A stretch of DNA of 42,081 nucleotides, from contig NZMM01000094.1 of the NCBI GenBank assembly GCA_002694585.1, forward strand, positions 1-42,081, in the 5' to 3' direction. Position 1 is the first letter of the stretch. The number at the start of each line of letters is the position of its first letter. The DNA comes from Methanobacteriota archaeon. GTDB lineage: Archaea; Thermoplasmatota; Poseidoniia; Poseidoniales; Poseidoniaceae. The position numbers and the translations under genes were made by a program. The notes under the pieces were generated by a model. The model was given only the letters and a program-made list of their open reading frames with translations. It did no database searches and was not told the DNA's origin. This document shows positions 9,147 to 18,008 of this stretch, piece after piece.

Positions 9147-10297
9147 TCAGGGGTGCTCGGCGGCCCATCGTGCGGCGGCGACTCCCGCCCGGTGACCCGT
9201 GCTGAGACACGCCTGGATCAGGTAACCGCCGGTCGGGGCGTCCCATGCGACCATCTCGCCGGCCACCCAGGTGCCGGGCCGGTCGAGGAGCATGCCGGTG
9301 TCGTCGATGGCATCAAGGGCGACGCCGCCGGCGGTCGAGATGGCGCGATCGATCGGGGCCAGACCTTCGACCGGAATCGGCACAGCCTTGGCGAGGTCGG
9401 CGACCGCCGTCGCCTCGGTCGGCAGCCGGTTGCCGGTGGTGTCGCGAAGGAGGGCGACATCGACCGGACTGAGTCCGCCTTTCCGGAGCCAGGTCGACAC
9501 GGAGTCCTTCGGCCGGCGGCGATCGACGAGACGGGCCGCCAGTGCGTCGGCGTCGAGGTCGGGTTGCAGGTCGATCTCAAGCCCATGTCCGCTTCGAAGT
9601 TCGGGACCCAGCGCGTAGATCGGGCCGCCTTCCAGGCCGGTTGCGGTGATCGTCGGTTCGCCTCGAACGGTGCGAACTCCGGCGGTGAGGGCGGCGTTCT
9701 TGATCGGCACCCTTCGAAACGTTCGAGCAGCGGGGCCGACCAGGTGACGAGCACGCCGGCGTTCGATGCGACAAACGGCACCACCGGAATTCCTGCCGTC
9801 TCGACGTGCGCGCACCACGAACCATCACCGCCGACCGACGGCCAGCTTGCGCCACCGAGGGCAAGCACGGTGGCACTGTCGTCGGCGAAGCCCGCCCACG
9901 TCTCCCCCGTTCGCATCGCGACGCCGAGACCGGCGAGCCGGGCCGTCCAGGCCCGAAGCAGACCGGTGGCTCGCATCGCCGCGGGAAACACCCGGCCCGA
10001 CGAGCCGACGAACGTGTCGGCGCCGAGTTCATCAGCCCACGCGCGCACGGCGTCGGGCGGAAACGCCCGGATCGCGGGCTCGAGCATCGCTCGCCCGTCG
10101 CCGTAGCGGCCGAGGAACACCTCAAGCGGCTCCGCGTGCGTGAGGTTGAGTCCGCTGCGGCCGGCGAGCAGCAGCGTGCGCCCGAACGACCGGCGCTGAT
10201 CGACGATCGTCACCTCGGCACCGGCGCCGGCAGCCGCCTCCGCCGCCATGAGCCCGGCGGGACCGGCTCCGACCACCGTCACCGTCGGCTGCACCAC
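9147..10297 (-). pseudogene. HI0933/BaiN-like (TIGR03862-type) FAD flavoprotein, split by a 1-nt frameshift
   Basis: The N-terminal half is in ORF 9218..10297 (VTVVGAGPAGLMAAEAAAGAG ... SAPLLERFEG). The homologous C-terminal half is in ORF 9147..9818 (VPIKNAALTAGV ... RAISTAGGVALD ... GEMVAWDAPTGGYLIQAC). The frames switch at the CCC/GGG run 9710-9712. Confidence 0.75.
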
Positions 10298-10313
10298 GTG
10301 CGCACCCTACGCC

Positions 10314-10327
10314 CCGGTGGCCACCGG
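10314..10327. promoter_or_regulatory. perfect 14-bp palindrome CCGGTGGCCACCGG in a divergent intergenic region
   Basis: Read directly from the sequence. Lies in the 56-bp gap between the start of the flavoprotein pseudogene and the fatty-acid hydroxylase gene. Confidence 0.25.
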
Positions 10328-10353
10328 CCGAGGGAAGAGGCCAGACTACCGAC

Positions 10354-11286
10354 ATGGACAAGAGGGCGCTTCCTCTCGACAAGGTCGACCTCGCATCGGG
10401 CCCCATCTTCATCGCGACGATGTTGTGGGAGGCCCAGGTACTGAAGAAGCGGCAGCGGCGCGACGTGGGTGATCTCGATCATGCAACCCCCGACGAGCTC
10501 TCGGAACCATCGCTGCCGGCCGATCCCCTCGTGCCGATCGGCTATCAGCGTGACGACACCCGCACGAGCCTGCTGATGCTGGCCGGCAACGTGGCGGTCA
10601 GCCTGGCGTTCGCCGGCGCCTACGGCACCCTCACGAAGAAGCTCTACGACAAACGGCGCGTCACCTTCGCCAACCCGAAGGTGTCCTTCGCCGCCACGTT
10701 CATCGCCTGGGACTTCCTCTACTACTGGTCCCACCGGCTCCAGCACGAGCGACGGCTGCTGTGGGCCAACCATGTCACCCACCACTCGAGCCGGTACTAC
10801 AACCTCTCGACCGCACTGCGACAGCCGTGGCAGGGCTATCTCACCTTCGGGATCTTTGCGCCGATGCCGCTCCTCGGCATGCCCGCTCACCACATCGCCA
10901 AGGCCGGTCAACTGAATCTGCTGTACCAGTACTGGATCCACACCGAGACGATCGACAAGCTGCCGGCGCCGATCGAGGCCGTGTTCAACACACCGTCACA
11001 TCACCGGGTCCACCACGGCGCCAACCCCCAGTACCTCGACAAGAACTACGGCGGGATCCTCATCCTCTGGGACAAACTCTTCGGCACGTTCGAACCCGAA
11101 CTGCGCCGGGTGAAGTACGGCCTCACCACGAACATCGAGACGTTCAACCCCGTGAAGGTCGGCTACCACGAGACGGTCGACATCGTGAAGGACGTCGTCC
11201 GCCGCAAGGGCCTCAAGAACAAGGTGAAATCCGTGCTCGGAAGGACCGGCTGGCGCCCCGTCGACGAGCTCGGCACCGCCGCCTAG
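10354..11286 (+). CDS. fatty acid hydroxylase / sterol desaturase superfamily membrane di-iron oxygenase
   Basis: Three histidine boxes: HRLQHE, HVTHHS and HHRVHHG. Hydrophobic N-terminal helices are present. Confidence 0.85.
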   Translation: MDKRALPLDKVDLASGPIFIATMLWEAQVLKKRQRRDVGDLDHATPDELSEPSLPADPLVPIGYQRDDTRTSLLMLAGNVAVSLAFAGAYGTLTKKLYDKRRVTFANPKVSFAATFIAWDFLYYWSHRLQHERRLLWANHVTHHSSRYYNLSTALRQPWQGYLTFGIFAPMPLLGMPAHHIAKAGQLNLLYQYWIHTETIDKLPAPIEAVFNTPSHHRVHHGANPQYLDKNYGGILILWDKLFGTFEPELRRVKYGLTTNIETFNPVKVGYHETVDIVKDVVRRKGLKNKVKSVLGRTGWRPVDELGTAA

Positions 11287-11337
11287 CCGCAACGAGCATC
11301 AGGATTCGAGGGCTCGCCCTCACCGTCGACCGGGGCG

Positions 11338-12351
11338 TCACTCACCCTGGGCCGCTGCCTGGGACTGGCGGTAGCTCACCGCCGGGTAGCGAGGCGGATG
11401 TGCCTCATCGGTGCAGGTGGGCAGCACGCGCATGGGCCAGTCGGCGTTGGCGTTGAAGAAGAACGGGATCGAGTAGCGGTCGGCGGGCCCCTGGTGGGGT
11501 GGCACGAAGTGCTTCACCGACACGAACCGGTCGTTCGACCACTGTTTGAGAAGTTCACCGGTGTTGACGACGAGTGCGTCGGCCACCACTGGCGCAGCGA
11601 CCCACTCCCCGCGTCGCTCAGAACGGATGGTGAGCCCCTCGGTGTCCTGGGCGAGCAGGGTAAAGAAGGTCGTGTCGACGTGGGGCGCAATGCCGAACTC
11701 GTCGGCCGGGACGTCACCCACCGGGTGATAGCGGGTCATGCGCAAGCGCCAGAAAGGATCACGCATGGCGCCGGCGAAAAAGTCGGCCGGTAGCTGGAGC
11801 GCCCGGGCGTAGACCGGTACGAGCTCGAGCGCGACCCGCTCGATCTCTGCGGCGTAGACCTCGATCGCTCGCCGGAAGTCGGGCACGAGCGCCGGGTCGG
11901 GCCACGCCGCATCGGCGAGCGACAGCCCCACATCGCGCTTGAAGATGATCGCCTCGTTGAGGTTGCCCTTCGCCCGCCGGGGAAGCTTGCGCTCACCCAC
12001 CGGCAGGTAGCCGGCACCGGGCACGACCGTGTCGGGAGTGTCCATCCGAATCGGCAATTTGGCGTCGTCAGGCAAGGTAAGAAACGCCTTGGCGGCGGCA
12101 AACGCGTCAGCGATCACCGAGGCGTCGATGCCGTGGCCGGTCAGAAAGTGGAAGCCGACCTCCTCACCGATCACTCGAACCTGGTCACCGAGCGCGTCGA
12201 GCTCGGCCGGATCACCCGAAGCGCGCCATGCGGAAACGTCGACGATCGGAATGTCGTCGTGCGTGGCGGGAGCGATCGTGCTGACGTCCCATAACTCGGC
12301 CTCCGCGACGAGCTCTCGCTCTCGAGCCTCAGCGAAGTCGTCGGTGGCCAC
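11338..12351 (-). CDS. 2OG-Fe(II) oxygenase (isopenicillin N synthase-like family)
   Basis: 337 aa. Shows IPIVDVS (the DIOX_N-type N-terminus), IAPHVDTTFFTLLAQD (H-x-D) and NDRFVSVKHFV (distal His). Confidence 0.85.
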   Translation of the reverse strand: MATDDFAEARERELVAEAELWDVSTIAPATHDDIPIVDVSAWRASGDPAELDALGDQVRVIGEEVGFHFLTGHGIDASVIADAFAAAKAFLTLPDDAKLPIRMDTPDTVVPGAGYLPVGERKLPRRAKGNLNEAIIFKRDVGLSLADAAWPDPALVPDFRRAIEVYAAEIERVALELVPVYARALQLPADFFAGAMRDPFWRLRMTRYHPVGDVPADEFGIAPHVDTTFFTLLAQDTEGLTIRSERRGEWVAAPVVADALVVNTGELLKQWSNDRFVSVKHFVPPHQGPADRYSIPFFFNANADWPMRVLPTCTDEAHPPRYPAVSYRQSQAAAQGE

Positions 12352-12365
12352 GACGGACGTTGGGA

Positions 12366-13253
12366 TCAGGTTGCGCTGGCGGTGGCGATCGACGCGATGG
12401 TGGCGTCGAGCGTCGTGTTGAACTCATCGTCGGTCTGCTTGGCGCTCAGACCCTCGGCGAGTGCCCGAGAGAAGCTCGCGATCATGCCGTTCTGGCGGGC
12501 CAAGATCTCGTTCGATTCGTCACGGCTGTACCCGCCCGACAGGGCCACGACCTTGAGCACCTTCGGGTGGTCGATGAGGTCGGCGTAGAAGTTGTCGATG
12601 CTCGGCAACGACAGCTTCAGCATCACTTCGGTGCCGTCGTCGAGCGCATCGAGATTGCGATGGATCGCCGCCTTGAGCATCTCCTCGCACTCGACCTTGG
12701 TCGGGCTGTGGATGTCGACCTCGGGTTCGATGATCGGCATCAGGCCATGACCGAGAATCTGAAGTCCGATCTCGAATTGCTGGTCGACGACTGCGTCGAT
12801 ACCGGCGGTGTTTGCGTGCTTGACGACCGAACGCATCTTGGTGCCGAACATGCCCTTTTCGACCCCACGCTCGAGCAGGGCGTCGAGATCCGGCATCGCC
12901 TTCATCACCTGCGCACCGTCGATCTCATCGGCGAGGCCTTGGTCGCACTTCAGGAACGGGACAACACCCTTGCTGTTCCACAAGAACGCCGCCGAGCCCT
13001 GACCTTCGATCTCGCGATCCATGGTCATCTCGAAGAGGATCGCACCGAGGACCCGGTCACCGTCGAAGGCGGGGCTCGTGATGATGCGGCTCCGCATGGC
13101 GTGGACCATGTCGAACATCTCATCGTCGCCGTCGTACTCGGATTCCTCGATGCCGTAGGCGAGCAGCGCCTTCGGAGTCGAGCCTCCGCTCTGATCGAGC
13201 GCCGCCAGGAAGCCGGTGCTGGAACGGACCTTGTCGAGCATGTCCTCGTGCAT
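12366..13253 (-). CDS. class I fructose-bisphosphate aldolase
   Basis: 295 aa. The N-terminus STGFLAALDQSGGSTPKALLAYGI and overall length match bacterial class I (Fda-type) aldolases. AGGAGAA lies upstream of the ATG. The stop is 14 nt from the 2OG oxygenase start. Confidence 0.8.
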   Translation of the reverse strand: MHEDMLDKVRSSTGFLAALDQSGGSTPKALLAYGIEESEYDGDDEMFDMVHAMRSRIITSPAFDGDRVLGAILFEMTMDREIEGQGSAAFLWNSKGVVPFLKCDQGLADEIDGAQVMKAMPDLDALLERGVEKGMFGTKMRSVVKHANTAGIDAVVDQQFEIGLQILGHGLMPIIEPEVDIHSPTKVECEEMLKAAIHRNLDALDDGTEVMLKLSLPSIDNFYADLIDHPKVLKVVALSGGYSRDESNEILARQNGMIASFSRALAEGLSAKQTDDEFNTTLDATIASIATASAT

Positions 13254-13335
13254 GTGGGGGGTTCTCCTGAGATTTCTCGGACCTCGATCACCCTACCGTT
13301 CGGTCGAGCGACGGCGAGGGTGAAAGAATCCGTCG

Positions 13336-14184
13336 GTGACCTCCCCCACCAACGACATCGAGATCCTCCGCACCTGGGTCGGCCGCGAGCAGGTCATCGT
13401 CCATCCGATCGAGCCAGGCGTCGTGCGTCGCTTCGAACTCGCCCTCGATCACGAGCCCGTCTTGGGCGTCGGCGACCCACTCCCTCCGATGTGGCATGTT
13501 GCCTTCTTCCTCGAGGTCGCCCCGACCACTGGTCTCGGCATCGACGGCCATCCACAGCGCGGCGGTTTCCTGCCTCCGGTCGCCCTCCCCCGCCGTATGT
13601 GGGCCGGCAGCCGCCTCGAGTTCCACGCCCCAATACCAATCGGGGCCGACGCGGTCACGACTTCCACCGTCGATGACGTCGTGATCAAGGAGGGCAAGAC
13701 GGGGACCCTCTGTTTCGTCACGGTGTCGCATCGCACCGAGGTCGACGGAACGCGCTGCATCGTCGAGCAGCAGGACCTCGTCTACCGCGACGACCCCGGC
13801 GTCGACGCGCCGAAGCGACAGCCCGAACCTGCGCCGACCGACGCCGATGTCAGCGAGACGGTCACCCCGAGCGAGGTCCTGCTCTTCCGCTATTCGGCGC
13901 TCACCTTCAACGGCCACCGGATCCACTACGACCGTCGCTACGCGAGCGATGTCGAGGGCTATGACGGGCTCGTCGTGCACGGCCCCCTCACCGCCACCCT
14001 GCTCGCCAAACTCGCAGCAGACACCGGCGGTGAACTTGCGACCTTTTCGTTCCGTGGCGTCTCGCCGCTGCTCGACACGGCGCCGTTTTCGATCCACGGT
14101 CGCCGCTCCGAGTCCGGCATGGATCTCTGGGCGGCCAACCCCAGCGGTGGCCTCGCCATGACGGCGAACGCCACCTTTCGTTGA
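13336..14184 (+). CDS. double hot-dog MaoC-family (R)-hydratase (itaconyl-/mesaconyl-C4-CoA hydratase-like)
   Basis: GTG start at 13336. Contains the block FRYSALTFNGHRIHYDRRYASDVEGYDGLVVHGPL, typical of the HTD2/MaoC N-terminal-plus-C-terminal domain proteins. Confidence 0.8.
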   Translation: MTSPTNDIEILRTWVGREQVIVHPIEPGVVRRFELALDHEPVLGVGDPLPPMWHVAFFLEVAPTTGLGIDGHPQRGGFLPPVALPRRMWAGSRLEFHAPIPIGADAVTTSTVDDVVIKEGKTGTLCFVTVSHRTEVDGTRCIVEQQDLVYRDDPGVDAPKRQPEPAPTDADVSETVTPSEVLLFRYSALTFNGHRIHYDRRYASDVEGYDGLVVHGPLTATLLAKLAADTGGELATFSFRGVSPLLDTAPFSIHGRRSESGMDLWAANPSGGLAMTANATFR

Positions 14185-14237
14185 TCGTTCACGACCAAGC
14201 AGGCCCGAGCAGTTCTCGATCGTGCCACCCGGCGCGA

Positions 14238-14251
14238 TGTAATCGCTTACA
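14238..14251 (+). promoter_or_regulatory. LacI/GalR-type operator-like palindrome TGTAATCGCTTACA
   Basis: 12 of 14 positions are palindromic around a central CG, lying 69 nt upstream of the msiK-type start codon. Confidence 0.35.
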
Positions 14252-14319
14252 CCGTGACAAACAGCGGCTTCTCATGGAATAGTTGCAGCTCGAACTGCGG
14301 TTTCTGAGGGGGACCACCG

Positions 14320-15468
14320 ATGGCAACCGTCACGCTGGACAAAATCAACAAGGTGTACCCGAACGGCTTCCACGCCATTCACGATCTCGACCTCGAGATC
14401 GCCGATACCGAATTCCTCGTGCTCGTCGGTCCGTCAGGCTGCGGCAAGTCCACCGCACTCCGCATGATCGCCGGCCTGGAGGAGATCTCCGGCGGCGAGA
14501 TGCGCATCGGCGACAACGTCGTCAACGATGTCGAGCCCAAGGATCGCGACATCGCGATGGTGTTCCAGAACTATGCGCTCTACCCCCACATGACCGTGCG
14601 GGACAACATCGGTTTCGCCCTCAAGCTCGCCAAGACACCGAAGGCCGAAATCGACGCACGGGTTGAGGAAGCGGCACGCATCCTCGAACTCACCGAGCAA
14701 CTCGGAAAGCGGCCCGGCCAACTCTCCGGTGGTCAGCGCCAGCGGGTCGCCATGGGAAGAGCGATCGTGCGCGAGCCGTCCGCCTTCCTCATGGACGAGC
14801 CGCTCTCCAACCTCGACGCCAAGCTCCGCGTGCAGATGCGAGCCGAGATCGCCCGCCTCCAACGCGACCTCGGCGTCACGACCGTGTACGTCACCCACGA
14901 CCAGGTGGAAGCCATGACCATGGGCGATCGCGTCTGTGTCCTCAAGGACGGCCACCTCCAGCAGATCGACACTCCCCAGAATCTCTACGACAAGCCCGAC
15001 AATGTGTTCGTCGCCGCCTTCATCGGCTCGCCCTCTATGAACCTCAACGAGGGCACCCTTGCAGGCACGACCCTCACCTTGGGATCGCACACCATCGAAC
15101 TTTCGGCCGACGTCTTCGAGAAGCGCCCTGGCCTGAAGGAGTTTGACGGCAGAGACATCATCGTCGGCATCCGACCCGAAGATCTCGAAGACGCAAGCCT
15201 TGCCCCCGAGGAGAAGAAGGGCGCCACCATCGCCACCACCTGCACACTCACCGAGGCGCTCGGCTCGGAGATCATCGTGCACTTCGAACTCGACGCTCCC
15301 CGCGTCGATGCCGGTGACCCCGACGCGGTCGACGACCTCGGCGAGCACGCAGCGGTCGGCCGCTTCGATCCGCGAAGCAGGGTGACCATCGGCGACGCCA
15401 TGGAGATCGCGATCAACACCGGCAATCTGCACTTCTTCGATCCGCAGAGCCGGACCGCCATCTGGTAG
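14320..15468 (+). CDS. msiK: sugar ABC transporter ATP-binding protein of the MalK/UgpC/MsiK type, with no adjacent permease or binding-protein genes
   Basis: Walker [10 protein letters not shown], signature [14 protein letters not shown] and Walker [14 protein letters not shown]-terminal regulatory (TOBE-like) domain is present. The N-terminus [14 protein letters not shown] closely resembles Streptomyces MsiK as I remember it. GAGGGGG lies upstream. Confidence 0.88.
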   Translation: MATVTLDKINKVYPNGFHAIHDLDLEIADTEFLVLVGPSGCGKSTALRMIAGLEEISGGEMRIGDNVVNDVEPKDRDIAMVFQNYALYPHMTVRDNIGFALKLAKTPKAEIDARVEEAARILELTEQLGKRPGQLSGGQRQRVAMGRAIVREPSAFLMDEPLSNLDAKLRVQMRAEIARLQRDLGVTTVYVTHDQVEAMTMGDRVCVLKDGHLQQIDTPQNLYDKPDNVFVAAFIGSPSMNLNEGTLAGTTLTLGSHTIELSADVFEKRPGLKEFDGRDIIVGIRPEDLEDASLAPEEKKGATIATTCTLTEALGSEIIVHFELDAPRVDAGDPDAVDDLGEHAAVGRFDPRSRVTIGDAMEIAINTGNLHFFDPQSRTAIW

Positions 15469-15516
15469 TCGGTCGGCGGCAGCCGGCATCCCACCGCCAA
15501 CGGATTCACCCTGACG

Positions 15517-15972
15517 TCAGTGGTCAGAGGTGACAGCCATTCGGTGTTCGCCGTCGCCGACGTGCTGATCCGATTGCTGCTGGCGTTCGCGTAGGTGGAG
15601 TCCGAGGAAGATGCCCGGGATGGCGACCAGGCCGAGCATCGCACCGGACGACACCATGACGAGCGCCGGTGCCGGGCACGTGCCGGCGAGCGCCCAACCG
15701 ATGCCGAACAATGCGCCGCCCTGAACGTGGTGCTTCTCGGGCATCGAGCGCGAAAGCGAGAGTTCGCCACCGAACGGCGTGTTCATGCCGCGCCGCTCAA
15801 GAAGGTCGAGCAGCGGCGCCGACACTGCGATCGCCGAGGCCATGAACCAGAAGACGTCGAACTCGTCGAGGCGCAGCATCGCATGGATGGTGTCGTACTC
15901 GTGGAGGTTGGAGGCGGCGAGCACGCCGCCGAAGGCGATGCCGAAGAGCATGCCGATGACGTTGAGCCTCAC
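15517..15972 (-). CDS. YeeE/YedE-family (DUF395) sulfur-compound transport membrane protein, second half-size subunit
   Basis: 151 aa and hydrophobic, with a GTCPAP motif. The GTG start overlaps the upstream stop (GTGA). Confidence 0.8.
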   Translation of the reverse strand: MRLNVIGMLFGIAFGGVLAASNLHEYDTIHAMLRLDEFDVFWFMASAIAVSAPLLDLLERRGMNTPFGGELSLSRSMPEKHHVQGGALFGIGWALAGTCPAPALVMVSSGAMLGLVAIPGIFLGLHLRERQQQSDQHVGDGEHRMAVTSDH

Positions 15973-16448
15973 AGGTCACCCCCGGTCGCAATACGCAGGA
16001 CAAAGGTGGTGAGGATCGCCGTCGCCATGAAGGTGACGGTGACAGCCACGCTCGCAGGCGAGCGCTGGGCGGTGCCGCACATGCCGTGGCCGGAGGTGCA
16101 GCCACCGGCCACCGCTGCGCCGTAGCCCAACAGCGTTGCACCGCCGAACACGAGAGGGATCGTCGCCCACAACGGGAACACATCGCGCATGGCGTCGTAC
16201 CCCGACCGGATCTCAGCGCCCTCGCGAAACACCTGAGTAACGAGCAGACCACCGGCGAACAGACCGACGAAGTACCAGACCCGCCAGACGACGACGTCGC
16301 TTCGGCGACGGATGAGTCCGGAGGTCTGGACATAGGCGCCGCTGGCACCGAGCGGCTGGTTGGCCACGACGAAGAGACCGACAATCAACAAACCGAGGAT
16401 CGGACCACCGACGAACCACGCCAGCCGGTCCGGAAGGGCATCGAACAT
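15969..16448 (-). CDS. YeeE/YedE-family (DUF395) sulfur-compound transport membrane protein, first half-size subunit
   Basis: 159 aa, with ANQPLGASGAY and the conserved Cys motif GGCTSGHGMCG. Confidence 0.8.
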   Translation of the reverse strand: MFDALPDRLAWFVGGPILGLLIVGLFVVANQPLGASGAYVQTSGLIRRRSDVVVWRVWYFVGLFAGGLLVTQVFREGAEIRSGYDAMRDVFPLWATIPLVFGGATLLGYGAAVAGGCTSGHGMCGTAQRSPASVAVTVTFMATAILTTFVLRIATGGDL

Positions 16449-16484
16449 GTGCAGTGCCTTTCGAGCGGAGAGAGGGGGGAGAGA

Positions 16485-17870
16485 TCAGGCCGACTGCGCT
16501 TCGTGGACGGCGGTCCAGGCGCCGTAGCCGCCGAGCAGATCGGAGACGTCGGCGAATCCGGCCGAGACGAGGCGGCTGGCACCGATCGACGAGCGGTAGC
16601 CGCCGGCGCAATAGACGACCGTGGGCTTCGAGGCGTCGAGCGAGGCCAGCATGCTGTTGAGCTGCGGTAGCGGGGCGAGGATCGCGCCCTCGATCATCCC
16701 ACCCTCGGCTTCGCCGGGGCCTCGAACGTCGACGAGCTGTAGCTCGGGCGAGGACGCTATGGCGTCACGCAGCGCAGCGACGTCGAGACGGCTGCCGCGG
16801 GCGACTTCGTCGGGATTGTCGAGGAACGCCTGCTCGGCGTGACGCAGACAACCGACGACGTTGTCGAAGCCGATGCGGGCGAGACGGTTCTTGGCTTCGC
16901 GCTGCTGGCCTTCCTCGGCAACGATCACGATCGGTGCACCCGGCTGGACGACACCACCGGCGAACTCGGCGTAACGACCGGCCATGCCGATGTTGATCGA
17001 GCCGATCAGGTGTCCGAGAGCGAACTCGACGGGATCGCGGGTGTCGACGACGGCGGCACCGCGGCGCTGCCAGCGAGCGACCTCCTCGACCGAGAGTGCT
17101 ACCGGCTCGGCGTGCTCGTCGAGCAGCGCACGATTCTCGCGATTGAGCATGGCATCGAAGGCGAAATACGCCGGCGGCGTCGGCTGACCCTCGGTGACGG
17201 CGAGCACGAAGTTGTCCTTGCTCATCGGCTGCAGGGCGTAGTTGCCGGCACGCTGCTCACCGATGGTCGACGACGTATCGGTCGAGAGGTTCTTGCCGCA
17301 GGCGGAACCGGCACCGTGCGCAGGGAAGACACGGGTTGCGTCAGGCAGGGTGAGCAGCTGCTCGTGCAGCGAGTCGTAGAGCTGACCGGCGAGTTCGTCG
17401 GCGGTGACGCCGATCGATGAAAGCAGATCGGGACGGCCGACGTCGCCGATGAACATGGTGTCGCCGGTGAGCACGGCGTACGGCGTCTCGTCGTCGGCGT
17501 GCTCGTAGACCACGATCGAAATCGATTCGGGCGTGTGGCCCGGGGTGTGACGGATTTCGAGGGTGACGTCACCGAGGCTGTATCGCTCGCCGTCGGCAAA
17601 GCCCCGGGATTCGAACTCGGTGACGGCGACATCGCCATACCCGATCTCCGCTCCGGTGGCAGCAGCCAGCTCGAGGTGGCCCGAGAGAAAGTCGGCGTGG
17701 AAGTGCGTCTCGAGCACCAGCTCGATCGTGAGCCCGTGCTCCTCGGCCGTCTCGAGATAGGGCGACACGTCGCGACGGGGGTCGACGACGACGGCACGCT
17801 TCGTGCTCTCGTCGGCGATGACATAGGAGGCCTGCGAGAGACAATCGAGATAGTGCTGTTCGAAGAGCAT
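16485..17870 (-). CDS. persulfide dioxygenase (ETHE1-like MBL fold) fused to two rhodanese domains; CstB/Blh type
   Basis: 461 aa. The MBL motif is ETHFHADFLSG ... HTPGHTPES. The first rhodanese domain has no active-site Cys. The second carries the catalytic loop CAGGYRS. Confidence 0.88.
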   Translation of the reverse strand: MLFEQHYLDCLSQASYVIADESTKRAVVVDPRRDVSPYLETAEEHGLTIELVLETHFHADFLSGHLELAAATGAEIGYGDVAVTEFESRGFADGERYSLGDVTLEIRHTPGHTPESISIVVYEHADDETPYAVLTGDTMFIGDVGRPDLLSSIGVTADELAGQLYDSLHEQLLTLPDATRVFPAHGAGSACGKNLSTDTSSTIGEQRAGNYALQPMSKDNFVLAVTEGQPTPPAYFAFDAMLNRENRALLDEHAEPVALSVEEVARWQRRGAAVVDTRDPVEFALGHLIGSINIGMAGRYAEFAGGVVQPGAPIVIVAEEGQQREAKNRLARIGFDNVVGCLRHAEQAFLDNPDEVARGSRLDVAALRDAIASSPELQLVDVRGPGEAEGGMIEGAILAPLPQLNSMLASLDASKPTVVYCAGGYRSSIGASRLVSAGFADVSDLLGGYGAWTAVHEAQSA

Positions 17871-17942
17871 CCGGTTCGTCCTTTCACCGTGAGCTTCCCG
17901 ATGATGCGAGGGCAGCTGTTGGCGGTCGACAACGTCGACATG

Positions 17943-17971
17943 AGTAGAACTAATGTCCGTACATTTGTCAA
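17943..17971 (-). promoter_or_regulatory. candidate promoter/operator of the dioxygenase-yeeE genes: TTGACA followed by the palindrome AATGTACGGACATT
   Basis: On the minus strand, TTGACA (17971-17966) abuts the 5-4-5 inverted repeat AATGT-ACGG-ACATT (17965-17952). This is a locally AT-rich patch. I found no convincing TAnnnT -10 at 16-19 nt spacing. Confidence 0.3.
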
Positions 17972-18008
17972 GGACGGGCCTTGCCCCCGCCCCCGTCGAC
18001 CGGTGGGA

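Noticed and set aside
11308-11321. GAGGGC-TC-GCCCTC between the convergent hydroxylase and 2OG oxygenase genes, considered as a bidirectional terminator.
   Set aside because: The stem is only 5-6 bp with a 2-4 nt loop, and there is no U/A tract on either side.
17925-17939. The direct repeat GTCGAC-AAC-GTCGAC upstream of the persulfide dioxygenase gene.
   Set aside because: GTCGAC is a very common hexamer in this GC-rich sequence, with another copy at 17995-18000 and many inside genes. That is not enough to call a site.
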